Source of the DNA: Octopus vulgaris
Taxonomy: Eukaryota
Assembly (NCBI GenBank): GCA_951406725.2
Contig: OX597816.1
Coordinates: 98,828,001 to 98,892,000, forward strand
Reading direction: 5' to 3'
Length of the DNA: 64,000 bases
In this document: piece by piece, positions 1 to 10,720 of the stretch
Layout of the letters: each line of letters opens with the position of its first letter
Numbering within the stretch: position 1 is the stretch's first letter
Translations under genes and position numbers: made by a program
The notes under the pieces: model-generated
Databases searched by the model: none
What the model was told of the DNA's origin: nothing
What the model saw: the letters and a program-made list of their open reading frames with translations, nothing else

Positions 1-1925
1 TATTGAATTTCTATGCAGTAATTATTCATAAAATTCATAGGGGAGACATGGAATAACAGTCTTGGTTTTGCCATGAGATTCGGTAACATAAAATTAATGA
101 AACCTTGTCAATTACACAGTTAACGAAGCCTCTTCTCTAGAAGCACATCAATAATTTAATCCAACTAATTGTTTTAGTTAGATTTCTGGTTTTTAGAGAA
201 AGAGCATGGCGCGCTATGTTCATGTTTTAAAGAATTAAGTTAACAATGCAAGACAAGTTAAAAATTCGCAATTTTAAGAAACTTTTGAAACTGTGCAGCA
301 CCATTTTTAGTATTTTAGCACTGGTTGTTTACCGGTTCTTTAGGAAACTCTTCGAACTAACCATTATGATATATCATTCTAATGTCATACATTTCATGAC
401 TACATCTGTTGTATTCAAGAGAACTGAAAAATTGGTAAGATTGGAATAATTTGAAGAACCTAAAATATCTTCAAATACTAATCTGGTTGCAATGATATTC
501 TATACCTGTTTTTATAAACATTGCTGCTTCCGTCTATATATGATGTACATCATAAATCACATCCCCGTAATCTTTCGGTAATCTGTCTTTATATATCTCT
601 TTGTCTTTCAGCATATCAGGTCGTTGTTCTCTCTTGTAACCTCTATCTGTGTATTTCACATCTCTCATAATCTTTCTCAACTTATCATCTAGATAATTTC
701 TCTCTGTTCCTGTTTTTGGTTCATCTTAATTTCTACATCCGTCTCTTTTCTCATCTTTTCTTTTTAAATGTCGTCATTCTTTACACCCGCATACATTCCA
801 CTTTCTTTATATTTATATCCTCTTCCCAAACACTTTCTCCAACTCTGTCGTTTCTTATTATTTCTTTCACTTGTTTTCAGTTTCATACAAAGAAACCTCC
901 ATGAGTGAAATATGTTTTCTTCCGGAAATATATCCAGGACAATTTTGTCAGCTCGATAATTTTCATTTCCCTTCCCTTCCAACTTATTGTCATAAAATCA
1001 CAACCGATTTAGAATGTTTCTGAATAGGGAAATTCCATTTAATAACTCAATTGAACAGCATTTGAACTACTGTTCAGCTTATTGCCTTCGGCAAACTAAG
1101 TTTCAGCACATGTGTTTCTGAAATTTCTTCATTATTGCAACTGATTGTTTTCCACATTCCCAAACATCAAACAATCATTTTCTATTATATGGCAATACTG
1201 TTGATTTTAAATGATTTCCTACAAAGTCAATTCAATTTATTTCAATGCCACATTTAGAGAAACATCACTCTCAAGTATCAACGTTGATGATGCCAGGCTC
1301 TAGCTGCAAGTGGTAGGCCTGAAGCAGACATTAAACAGTGATTGTGCTTGGATATATAAATCCTAAGAACTCCTTTTTAGTCAGCAATCGCAGTAAGGAA
1401 ACAGTTGCCTCTGAAATTTGGCTGTCGTCCTTTCATACTGCAGTACTATAAAACAGGCGTAGTTTTCTTTAGACAGCGACAGAATAACAGAATACATAGG
1501 AACTGAGAGATGGAACTGGGGATATTACAAGCCAGCGATAAATAGACTACACCACCGCTATATGTGCTAAAATAGCAATGCAGTCTATCTTACATAATTG
1601 CCTACTGCTATACTAATTGACGCATTAAGTACACAAATATATAAATATATAATTGATCGCATGAGAGCACGATCTATGCTCAACTAGGGCTACAATTTCA
1701 TTCGTTTTTCGAATTGCTTATATGTGCTTTTACCGCTTTTGTCATGAATCATGTTCATGATTTTTCATTTGTTTAAAATGTCATTATTGAATCTCTAACA
1801 CATCTTTCGAAGAGTCGCACGTCGTGATAGTCGGCAAAATTGATGATATGTGAAAAATAGACAAAATATAATCGAGTTTCTCATATTCAATAGAAACAAA
1901 TCCAACTCTAGCACTATTTATAAAA

Positions 1926-2050
1926 ATGATATTGATGATAATGATGACGACGACGACGACGATGATGATGATGATGATGATTATGATGACGATGATGATG
2001 ATGATAATGCCGTGATATATTACTACATCATTACTACATCATCAGTACTA
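1926..2050. repeat. (GAT/GAC)n compound microsatellite
   Basis: Directly visible; explains the poly-Asp in ORF 1850..2116. Confidence 0.95.
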
Positions 2051-2470
2051 CATCACCATGGCTTCTGGTCTTCACTGATCAGAAGTGTTACTAAGTTTTG
2101 TCTTGGTATAAAATGATGGGCGTGAATGTTCTGCACAAAACCACAGATTTTCTTGACAGTTGCTTGACCATAATCAGTTGAGCATTTCCTCTAGTGGTTG
2201 ATGAGATACGCTTCTCTGATCACGAACAGGTATAGTGGGGAAGCATCATAGCCATGTATTCAGAGGAATTATTTGGGGTTTAAATAATTCACCACTGGAA
2301 ACATGGGTGTTTCGTTCAATATCCTTGAATAACACTGGTTCAGGAACCTTTTGAGAGGGATGGACTACTCGACCAGCAGCAAATGCTAACTAGACCCTAC
2401 CTGTAAGGTTATTGCACTGTTTATCTTGAAATGATATCACCATGTCGCTCACGTATCGTTGTGATACATG

Positions 2471-3380
2471 AAAGAGAAATTGGAAATCCTGCAAAAGTTA
2501 CAAAAGAAGGATTAGCAAGGTATTAATTACAAAACTAAATTGTGCGTGTGTTAGCAAAGCACCCAATATTTGGGCTATGGCAATTTTGAAAGACGCTGCT
2601 CTTTTGCATAAGTGGACAAGTAAAAGCTACAAGAAAAACACAACACGAGGAAGTGGCTCAGATTGTATAAAGCCTACAATCGTATAATTAAAACCGACCG
2701 TTTTGGCTTACTAAGAAGGGAAGGGGCCGGAGATATATTACATGCAGAAACGATACTGGGTTTATAAAATGATGTTTTGCACAGAAAAGAAAGAATATTA
2801 CATGTGGCCTGAAATGTCAAAGAATCAGCGAAATATTGGGTTAAATGAAGAACAAAAAAAAATATAATAAATAGCTAGAAAGGGACGGAATGGCAGGCCA
2901 AATTCATATAATATGCAAAGGATGTGTATAGTATGAATTTTTATTCTTGAAAGTTATAGGCGGAAACCCGGAACTAGAAAATGGGTAGACATTAGAATGT
3001 ATTTGGGAACGATAAAGATTGCTAAATCAGGCAGAGTGCAAATGTCCGAATCTCTGTAAAAGCAGACGCGCGCGAGTGCAATCAACTCGTGCAAATGCTT
3101 TTTTATGGGCATTTTTCACAGAAACTAATCATAGTATTGAAACGCGGTGACAACGTAAGGTCGAAGACCACAGACGACAGGTGGAAGATCATAGAATTTG
3201 CGGTAACATATAATGGTGAAATGGATATCAATAAGTGGATGAAATACAGAAATATCTGGACCAAGCAATGGACATGAAAATGTTGTTAAACACATCGCTC
3301 AGAAAGTTGTAACTGCAGATGAACTTAAGTGCAAGACGCCTCTTAAATATACATACAAGAATGTTAAAACAATTGCTGCA
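2471..3380 (+). mobile_element. Degraded RLE-type non-LTR retrotransposon fragment (R4/Dong-like; post-RT thumb to zinc-knuckle region)
   Basis: Broken frames read SYKRRISKVLITKLNCACVSKAPNIWAMAILKDAA and TDRFGLLRREGAG, resembling the R4/Dong motifs KSKLN..N..KAINTWA and DRLYLPRKEGGRG. RGDNV (~3145) resembles RHDNV. Many stops and frameshifts. Confidence 0.65.
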
Positions 3381-3969
3381 ATGGTTATACCAGATTCCGC
3401 TATGACAGTATATTTACCTTATAGCATCCCCGTTTAATATTTATAAGTTCACAAAAATTATATATTCGCTATTCGTTTGTCACTAGTGTAGCGAATGAAT
3501 TATAACTCGAGGAGCCATTTCGTTACACGTATGCTACCTTTTCCTAAGAGAATTGTGACATGAGTCTCCAAATTCTAAAATATTTTGTATCTAAGAAGTC
3601 TATTCCTATGTTTTCCCTTAGTTTCATGTCCCTGTAGGGTGTAAAGTTAGTTTTTAGCCGAGAAGCACTCAACCTCAATATTGGGCTAACAAAATTGTCA
3701 GGTTCTAGGTTAATACCGGAATTCGTCAATCAAGTGTAGAAAATCCTTGTTCACACCGAGTAAGAGTAAACAGACCAAGCAGACTTTTCATGTAAGTCTG
3801 AGGAAATGCTTCTCTAATGTCTAAAACCGCAAACATTACGTAAATTTTCACTTCAAATTATAGCGTAAACTGTGATTTCCAACACAGTTGGTGCAGGATT
3901 AATTGTAACGGATCATTAAAGATGTGTGAAATAATTTTCTTTGTCTTATTATTATTTCCATATATGCAT

Positions 3970-4320
3970 ATATATATTAGCCACAGAGGGCTGCACACAT
4001 ACGGGACAAATTACAAGGTAGAGCTTTTCTTTTTGGGGATAAAAAAAATAAAAACCTGGGTTGGTTTTCAATCAAAAGGGATCGTAAATGGAAAGAAAGA
4101 GAAAAGCAAAAAACAAATAAAAGCAAGAAAAGGTGGGGAATAGAAATAAAAGGAAAAAGAAAAAATCGATCAATAGAGATCGTTATCACAGAGATGTAAA
4201 TATAAAGTGTAAAGTGGAAGACAGGTGGGGTTTACCCGTGGAAAGAAAAGCCTACGAAAAAGACCACGGTAACCTCTGTCAATGAAGTCACATGTTATAT
4301 TTTTTTAAAATAAGCAACTT
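3970..4320 (-). mobile_element. Interspersed repeat, probable LINE 3' end
   Basis: Its terminus (tattagccacagagggctgcacacatacgggacaaa) resembles the SINE tails at ~10498 and ~27390; it abuts a (TA)n array. Confidence 0.4.
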
Positions 4321-4336
4321 TCTGTATTAATTTTTA

Positions 4337-4352
4337 CATATATGTACATATA

Positions 4353-4417
<65 letters not shown>

Positions 4418-4428
4418 ACATATATATA

Positions 4429-4462
<34 letters not shown>

Positions 4463-4537
4463 GTATATATGTATAATATATATATATTTATATATAATTT
4501 ATTTATTTATGTATATAAATACGCACACACACATATA
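4337..4537. repeat. (TA)n/(TG)n microsatellite
   Basis: Directly visible. Confidence 0.95.
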
Positions 4538-4673
4538 CTGAATGTGGGTGGAGCAATTTAAAACCAAAAAGAAATAATTCACCGTCACGGAAAGTGACTA
4601 AGTTTGCCAAGGAGTACAAGCATTGCTAGAAATAGGTGTCAAAGACTCCTTAGCTTCAAAGAGTACAAACAAT

Positions 4674-4847
4674 AACTCTCCACTATAAGCGAGATGCATT
4701 AGATGTTATTTTCATATAGGAAACTGATACTCATCGGTCATGCTTATTCCATTACCACCCATGATGGAGTAAGTATACTAACGAGTATTAATTTCTTATA
4801 CGAAATTAACATATTAATCTAATGCATCTCGTTTATGTTGGAGAGTT
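4674..4847. mobile_element. ~175-bp imperfect palindrome (MITE-like)
   Basis: Paired arms aactctcca/tggagagtt, cgagatgcattagat/atctaatgcatctcg and tgcttattccat/atggagtaagta; loop near 4755-4761. Confidence 0.7.
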
Positions 4848-5128
4848 GTCTCCCCTGACAGCTCAAATAAAACATGTGGCCTTCTGTGACTAAGTTTTCT
4901 TTGACTCCTGTTTCTAACAATGCTTGTGCCCTTTTGCACCCTTGGTCACTTTTAGTGACGGTGAATTATGTGTGTGTGCGTTCGTGGGAATATGTGTATG
5001 AGTGTGTGAGTGTGTGTCTGTATGCATGTGCGTGTCTGTGTGTGTGTGTACATATTAATGCATTTAGATATGTCATGTACATTATAGCAAGTACTCTACA
5101 TAGGAACGTGTTACCTTCCCCTTAGTTT

Positions 5129-5191
5129 AAGAAAGACAATTTTGCACTAATTTCATGCAAAAGAAAGACAATTTTGCACCAATTTCATGCA
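5129..5191. repeat. 32-bp tandem duplication
   Basis: aagaaagacaattttgcac(t/c)aatttcatgca occurs twice in tandem. Confidence 0.9.
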
Positions 5192-6399
5192 TAGCGCCTA
5201 AGAGTTAAGTGCTAAGAGCATAAGAGCTAAGGACAGTTTCTTCAGTTGTATGAAACGTCAAAATACTTTGATATTTACTTTTCTAGAGGCATGTATGTAT
5301 GTATGTATGTATGTGTGAATGTTTTATAAAGACCCTTATAATCATATTTTTATCGCTCGTAAACTCTTCTATATCATCAAATGGACAGAATGCACAGAAA
5401 TATTCAAGTAGCAGTGTTATACACGAAGACAATTTTCAGAGTATTATTAAAACTTGTTAATCGCATACTCTGTGTTCATAGTTATCAATATTCAAAGTAT
5501 TATATTGTTCAATCAATTCTTGATGGAACTTACTTATTCTTCCTCCTAATAGTAAGCTAATTTAGAGGTATTGATAGTATGAAATATTTAAATACCAGTT
5601 GGTATCACAGTTTTTAAAAATATTTTATTACTTCTATTCTTCACCTGTGTGTGTAAAAACATGACCAGATATTTTCTATTATAAGAGTAAAGTTTCACTA
5701 CCTGAACTATCAAAAGACAGAAAAACGAATAATGGTTTATTTGTATTTAAATACGGTTTCCAAGGAAATAGTGGAACTTAAGTAAATATACGAAAACAAG
5801 TTGTCCTTTTGAATTAAGACATAAAAGCTACGCTGCAGGCGATTTCACTTAGAAGAAGAAATTAAATTTAACAAAAACGTACATACAGTACGAATAAATA
5901 AGAACAAATTTCATTGTTCAAATATTTTGCTATATCGTTATTCTGTAAAATTTTGGAATCTATCAATCTTTAGTAGCAGCGCAGATTACAACGTTCTAGA
6001 TAACTGATTACAGTTGTATCCAAGAAAGATATTAGAGTTTGTGCGTCTCGATGGTATACCATCGGAATATTTATATACTTTTCAAAGATTACTACTTTAA
6101 TGAACAAGATTTGGGAATATTCAAAGGAAATCGTATTCACTGTTTAAGTGAATTCATATACGCTTCAAATAATCAACAAGGAGTTTAACCAGACTATATT
6201 CTAAACTACTCTTTACCAATCATACTTTTGTATTTAAATGTTTATTGTAAATTAGCTACGAATGCTTGTTCAAAGTTATTCTTTAAACCGGATACTAGTA
6301 TGCTCTGTTACAAATAAAACCCTAAACATACCTGAGTTGACAAGGTAAAGTGCTGTTAACAGTCATATTCATCAACAGACGCAGCTGGAGGAAACATAG

Positions 6400-6788
6400 G
6401 ATGGAAGCACTCCGTCGGTTACGGCGACGAGGGTTCCGGTTTATCCGAATCAACGGAACAGCCTGCTCGTGAAATTAACGTGTAAGTGGCTGAGCACTCC
6501 ACAGACACGTGTACCCTTAACGTAGTTCTCGGGGATATTCAGTGTGACACAGAGAGTGACAAGGCCGGCCCTTTGAAATACAGGTACAACAGAAACAGGA
6601 AGTAAGAGTGAGAGAAAGTTGTGGTGAAAGAGTACCGCAGGGATCACCACCATCCCCTGCCGGAGCCTCGTGGAGCTTTAGGTGTTTTCGCTCAATAAAC
6701 ACTCACAACGCCCGGTCTGGGAATCGAAACCGCGATCCTACGACCGCGAGTCCGCTGTCCTAACCACTGGGCCATTGCGCCTCTTTTA
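6400..6788 (-). mobile_element. Full-length tRNA-derived SINE (family 1) with 13-bp target-site duplication
   Basis: Minus-strand head GAGGCGCAATGGCCCAGTGGTTAGG...GTTTCGATTCCC has A and B boxes. Perfect flanking repeat ggaggaaacatag at 6387-6399 and 6789-6801. Confidence 0.9.
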
Positions 6789-7289
6789 GGAGGAAACATA
6801 GATAGTTTGTGTTACAGGTGACTGCGGATCAATAAAGAAAATATGAATCGAAATCAATAAACTGTGAAATTTATGGATAAAATTTCATAGGACGAAACGA
6901 GAGCTATACTTCATTACTCTCAGCGGTGTTATGTGAGTTGGAGTCGGTTACTTCAGAAGGAGAGAAATGATTGTATTATACATTTACATAACATAGCATT
7001 TTGAGATGTTTGTCGTGTACTTCTCTTTATAAAATTGCCTAGTAGCGAGAATTGTTCCCTGTATTGCATAATTTTACTTCAGAGTTCTTAACTAATCTGG
7101 CCATTTCTTACATACAGCATAGACTCGACATATTCTTCATTTTCCATTCTTGAACCATAATACAGAATTTATAAAATGTTTCTATAAAAAAACTTACACG
7201 TATTTTTGTAAAAATATCATAACAGAAGGAAAATGCACAGAAATGATACGTAGGAAATAATATGTTTATAAACGAAAATATTTTCATAA

Positions 7290-7700
7290 TCAGCCGGTTT
7301 CGAGTCACCTTTGTTTCATTTGCTGCTGTTAATGGTGATTTGTTGATTGTTGAGTACAGTGTCTCTTTTGTTGATTTCGTTGTTCCTTCCAGTTTTGGTG
7401 ATTTTTCAATCGCTGTTCCTCTAGCACTTGAATGTGATTGTGCATAATTTTACGGGCGCAATCTGACGTTAGAGCTGCTCTTGATACCTCTACTGTTGTA
7501 GAGGGGATTTGTGTCACCGCATAAGTGGCATATCATCGTTCTGTTCTCAACAACCACATAGAGTTGTGAGCTCTTTGGCAGTTTAAGTGGGCCTGAAATA
7601 GATTCCATAATTCGGTTGCCCGTTTGAGTTAGAAACTCCATCCATTGTATCTGCAGCATTTGGAAGGGCAGAATTTAAATTTTCTACTATATATAGAAGA
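7290..7700 (-). pseudogene. Possible LINE ORF1 (gag-like zinc knuckle) relic
   Basis: Minus frame reads LYVVVENRTMICHLCGDT, resembling a CxxC knuckle of non-LTR ORF1, followed by a frameshifted polar segment. Confidence 0.4.
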
Positions 7701-8004
7701 TGGCAGCCTCCACAAACAAGTAGACATTTATATCCGTGAATAACACCTGTTTTCATAATCTGAACACCCTACAGCCGAGATAGGTTTCTATATCGCATAC
7801 TACACTTTCTTAGTCTCGTCTGTAGTAAATCATTGTACCGTGTCATAGTTTCCTTACGTTATCCTATTTCCTGTTTCAGATATTTTCTTTTTTAATGATG
7901 TTTCGCCTGTTCTATTTTACTTCCTTTAATCTTAAAATAGTTATGCAGTACTAGCAGAGACACCCGGTGTTGCTCAGATTGAAAAGGCATAGTTTATATT
8001 GTTT

Positions 8005-8185
8005 TGATTGTTCTGGTCACGTGACTGCGGCTATGCCGGGACAGCCTGTACTCGAAGAAATCTACCAAAGGAGTTATTTTTTGTAACCCTAGTACTTCAA
8101 TCAGTTTGTTTTGCCAAACAAGTAACTTAGGGGGACCCAAACCAAGCAACGAGTTGTTAAGCGATGGTGAGGGTACGAACACAGA
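8005..8185 (-). mobile_element. SINE family 2, degraded 3' half
   Basis: Reverse-complement similarity to 9030-9240. Confidence 0.7.
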
Positions 8186-8248
8186 CATATACACACACGC
8201 ATATATAAACGCATATATATATATGTATACCTACATATATATTTATAC

Positions 8249-8314
<66 letters not shown>

Positions 8315-8493
8315 CTATGAATATATATATATAGATAAACATATATATATATATAGACATATATACACAGAAATTATATATATATATATATACACACATA
8401 TATGTATATATATGCATATATATGTATTTGTACATATATATATATCATATATATATGCATATATATATATATATATGCATATATATATATATA

Positions 8494-8528
<35 letters not shown>

Positions 8529-8828
8529 GCATATATATATATATATGTATATGTATGTATATATATATATATATATATATACATATATGTATATATATGC
8601 ATATATATGTATATGTACATATATATATCCATATATACATGCATATATATATATATATATATATGTATAAATATATACACATAAAGATAAATATATATGT
8701 ATATATATATATAAATCTATATAAATATACACCTAAACATATACATTTATATATACATATATATGCATATCTATGTACATATATATATAAACATATATCT
8801 TTATACATTTAATATACACATATATATA
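8186..8828. repeat. Long degenerate (TA)n/(TACA)/(TGCA) microsatellite
   Basis: Directly visible; source of the YI-repeat ORFs. Confidence 0.95.
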
Positions 8829-9241
8829 GGAGTGGCTGTGTGGTAATTAGCTTCCTAACCAACCACATGGTTCCGGGTTCCGGGTTCACTCCCATTGCGT
8901 GGCATCTTGGGCAAGTGTCTTCTGCTACAGCCTCAGGCCGACCAATGCCTTGTGAGTGGATTTGGTAGACGGAAACTGAAAGAAGCCAGTCGTATATATA
9001 TATGTATATATATATATGTATGTGTGTGTTTGTGTGTCTGGGTTTGTCTCCCTAGCATTGCTTGACAACCGATGCTGGTGTGTTTACGTCCCCGTCACTT
9101 AGCGGTTCTGCAAAAGAGACAGATAGAATAAGTACTGGGCTTACAAAGAATAAGCCCCGCGGTCGATTTGCTCGACTAAAGTCGGTGCTCCAGCATGGCC
9201 GCAGTCAAATGATTGAAACAAGTAAAAGAGTATAGAGTATA
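8829..9241 (+). mobile_element. Full-length tRNA-derived SINE (family 2, internal TA/TG microsatellite)
   Basis: A box TGGCTGTGTGG, B-box-like GGTTCACTCCC, central microsatellite 8993-9036, tail ...gaaacaagtaaaagagtata; several homologues in the window. Confidence 0.9.
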
Positions 9242-9244
9242 GGG

Positions 9245-9275
<31 letters not shown>

Positions 9276-9310
9276 ATATATGCATGTGTATATGTATACA
9301 CACACACACA

Positions 9311-9345
<35 letters not shown>

Positions 9346-9354
9346 AAGATAATA

Positions 9355-9739
9355 CGTTTAAATATTTGTTGTGCAAGATTTTTTATGTGAAGTCGTGTGT
9401 TGAAACAGATATTGTTGTATTTAGGAATGGTCATTTTGCCAGTTTAGCCAATAAAAACACACGCACTATATATTTGGTGTTACTTTGCTTCAGTGTTATT
9501 GCTTCAGTGTTATTGCTTCAGTGTTACTAACCGTTAGTAAGGAGAGACACAAATAAGTAAGAAGAAAACAAAGGACCACTGATGCGGTCACAGGAGTGTG
9601 ACGAAAGAACTCTGGCAGAAATAAGATTAAGATTAGTGTAAAAAATAAATAACACTGAAGCAAAGTAACACCAAATATATAGTGCGTGTGTTTTTATTGG
9701 CTAAACTGGCAAAATGACCATTCCTAAATACAACAATAT
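9355..9739. mobile_element. Head-to-head inverted insertion of PLE-terminus type with 15-bp target-site duplication
   Basis: Perfect 92-bp inverted repeat (9409-9500 / 9648-9739); flanking repeat atatggaagataata at 9340-9354 and 9736-9750; internal HHR-like motif. Confidence 0.75.
9576..9615 (+). ncRNA. Variant type I hammerhead ribozyme motif
   Basis: CCA-CUGAUG-CG-GUCACA(ggag)UGUGAC-GAA-AG(aa)CU-C-UGG: stems I, II and III present; A9 replaced by CG. Confidence 0.6.
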
Positions 9740-10489
9740 GGAAGATAATAGTTTCTGTATTAATTGTTTTACTATGTATATATTATATACCTAGTGGACG
9801 TATTACTTGTGAAACTATTAAAACTGATAATATTATCTCACATTACAATTGACACGTAAAACTGAAATAATGTAGGAGATAAAATATTGTTCCGGGCTTG
9901 TGCTAGGGAAGAAGTTGAAATCTTTTTTTGGTCCATAACACTACAGGAACCCTAAGTAAGGCATGTGTTATATTTGCATGAAATCGGTTTGGTAATTCTA
10001 GAGTTTTTGTGATGCTCACATACAGACAGACATTTTCAGTTTTATATATATATAGACAGTTTTCAATTTAGTGTCCTATCGGGTGGCTAAGGGACTTTCA
10101 TCGATATTGATGTTTAGTATTTTATTGATATGTATATAATACTTTTGGGTACTTGCGTACAATGTCTGACAGATCGCACAATGTGTCCCATCATTTTACG
10201 GAGTGTAGAATTCGACTTGTAGTATTACCAGTGGTAATTCTATCAATAATCATTTCAAAGTTTACCGGAGGGGGTGCAGCAATGCTAAAACGAGTAGTTA
10301 CTCAAATACATCAATTGGTATGTATCTCATCTATCGTCGATAGGCAAAAGGCAAAGGCGATCTCAGTGGAATAAAGAGTCGGGAGAAATGCCTGTAGACA
10401 TTTTATCCAACGCTCTAAAATTCTGTTAGGTAACCGTCATATTACTAATTTAAAAAATAGTATCCGCCGATCTACCTTCAATGTATATC

Positions 10490-10720
10490 CGTTTCTTTAT
10501 TACCCACAAGGGGCTAAACATAGAGGGGACAAAAAAGGAGAGACAAACGGATTAAGTCGATTACATCGACCCCAGTGCGTAATTGGTACTTAATTTATCG
10601 ACCCCGAAAGGATGAAAGGCAAAGTGGACCTGGGCGGAATTTGAACTCAGAACGTAACGCCAGACGAAATACGGCTACGTATTTCGCCCGGCGTGCTAAC
10701 GATTCTGCCAGCACGCCGCA
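10490..10720 (-). mobile_element. tRNA-derived SINE (family 3) with target-site duplication
   Basis: Head GCGGCGTGCTGGCAGAATCGTTAG...GAGTTCAAATTCC; core gcctttcatcctttcggggtcgataaa resembles the Meta-SINE domain; flanking repeat ttc(a/t)atgtatatc at 10477-10489 and 10721-10733. A more degraded copy lies at ~10270-10435. Confidence 0.85.

Larger units (their letters stand above)
7951..10056 (-). mobile_element. Putative non-autonomous Helitron with nested insertions
   Basis: Minus-strand 5' end TCTATATATATAAAACTG at 10056. 3' end CTGAGCAACACCGGG...TGCTAG|T at 7951 is nearly the same as the Helitron end at 63750-63777. That both ends belong to one element is inferred. Confidence 0.5.

Noticed and set aside
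2055-2470. Repeat-like segment upstream of the LINE relic (possible 5' UTR with a ribozyme)
   Set aside because: I could not fold an HDV-like or hammerhead structure by eye, and its link to the LINE is unproven.
6710-6783. tRNA-like sequence on the minus strand
   Set aside because: It is a SINE head within a TSD-flanked element and lacks a proper acceptor stem.
8106-8812. Long YI-rich ORFs (also at 16.4, 25.9, 33.7, 47.8, 51.2 and 63 kb)
   Set aside because: Translations of (TA)n/(CA)n microsatellites, open on both strands; not genes.
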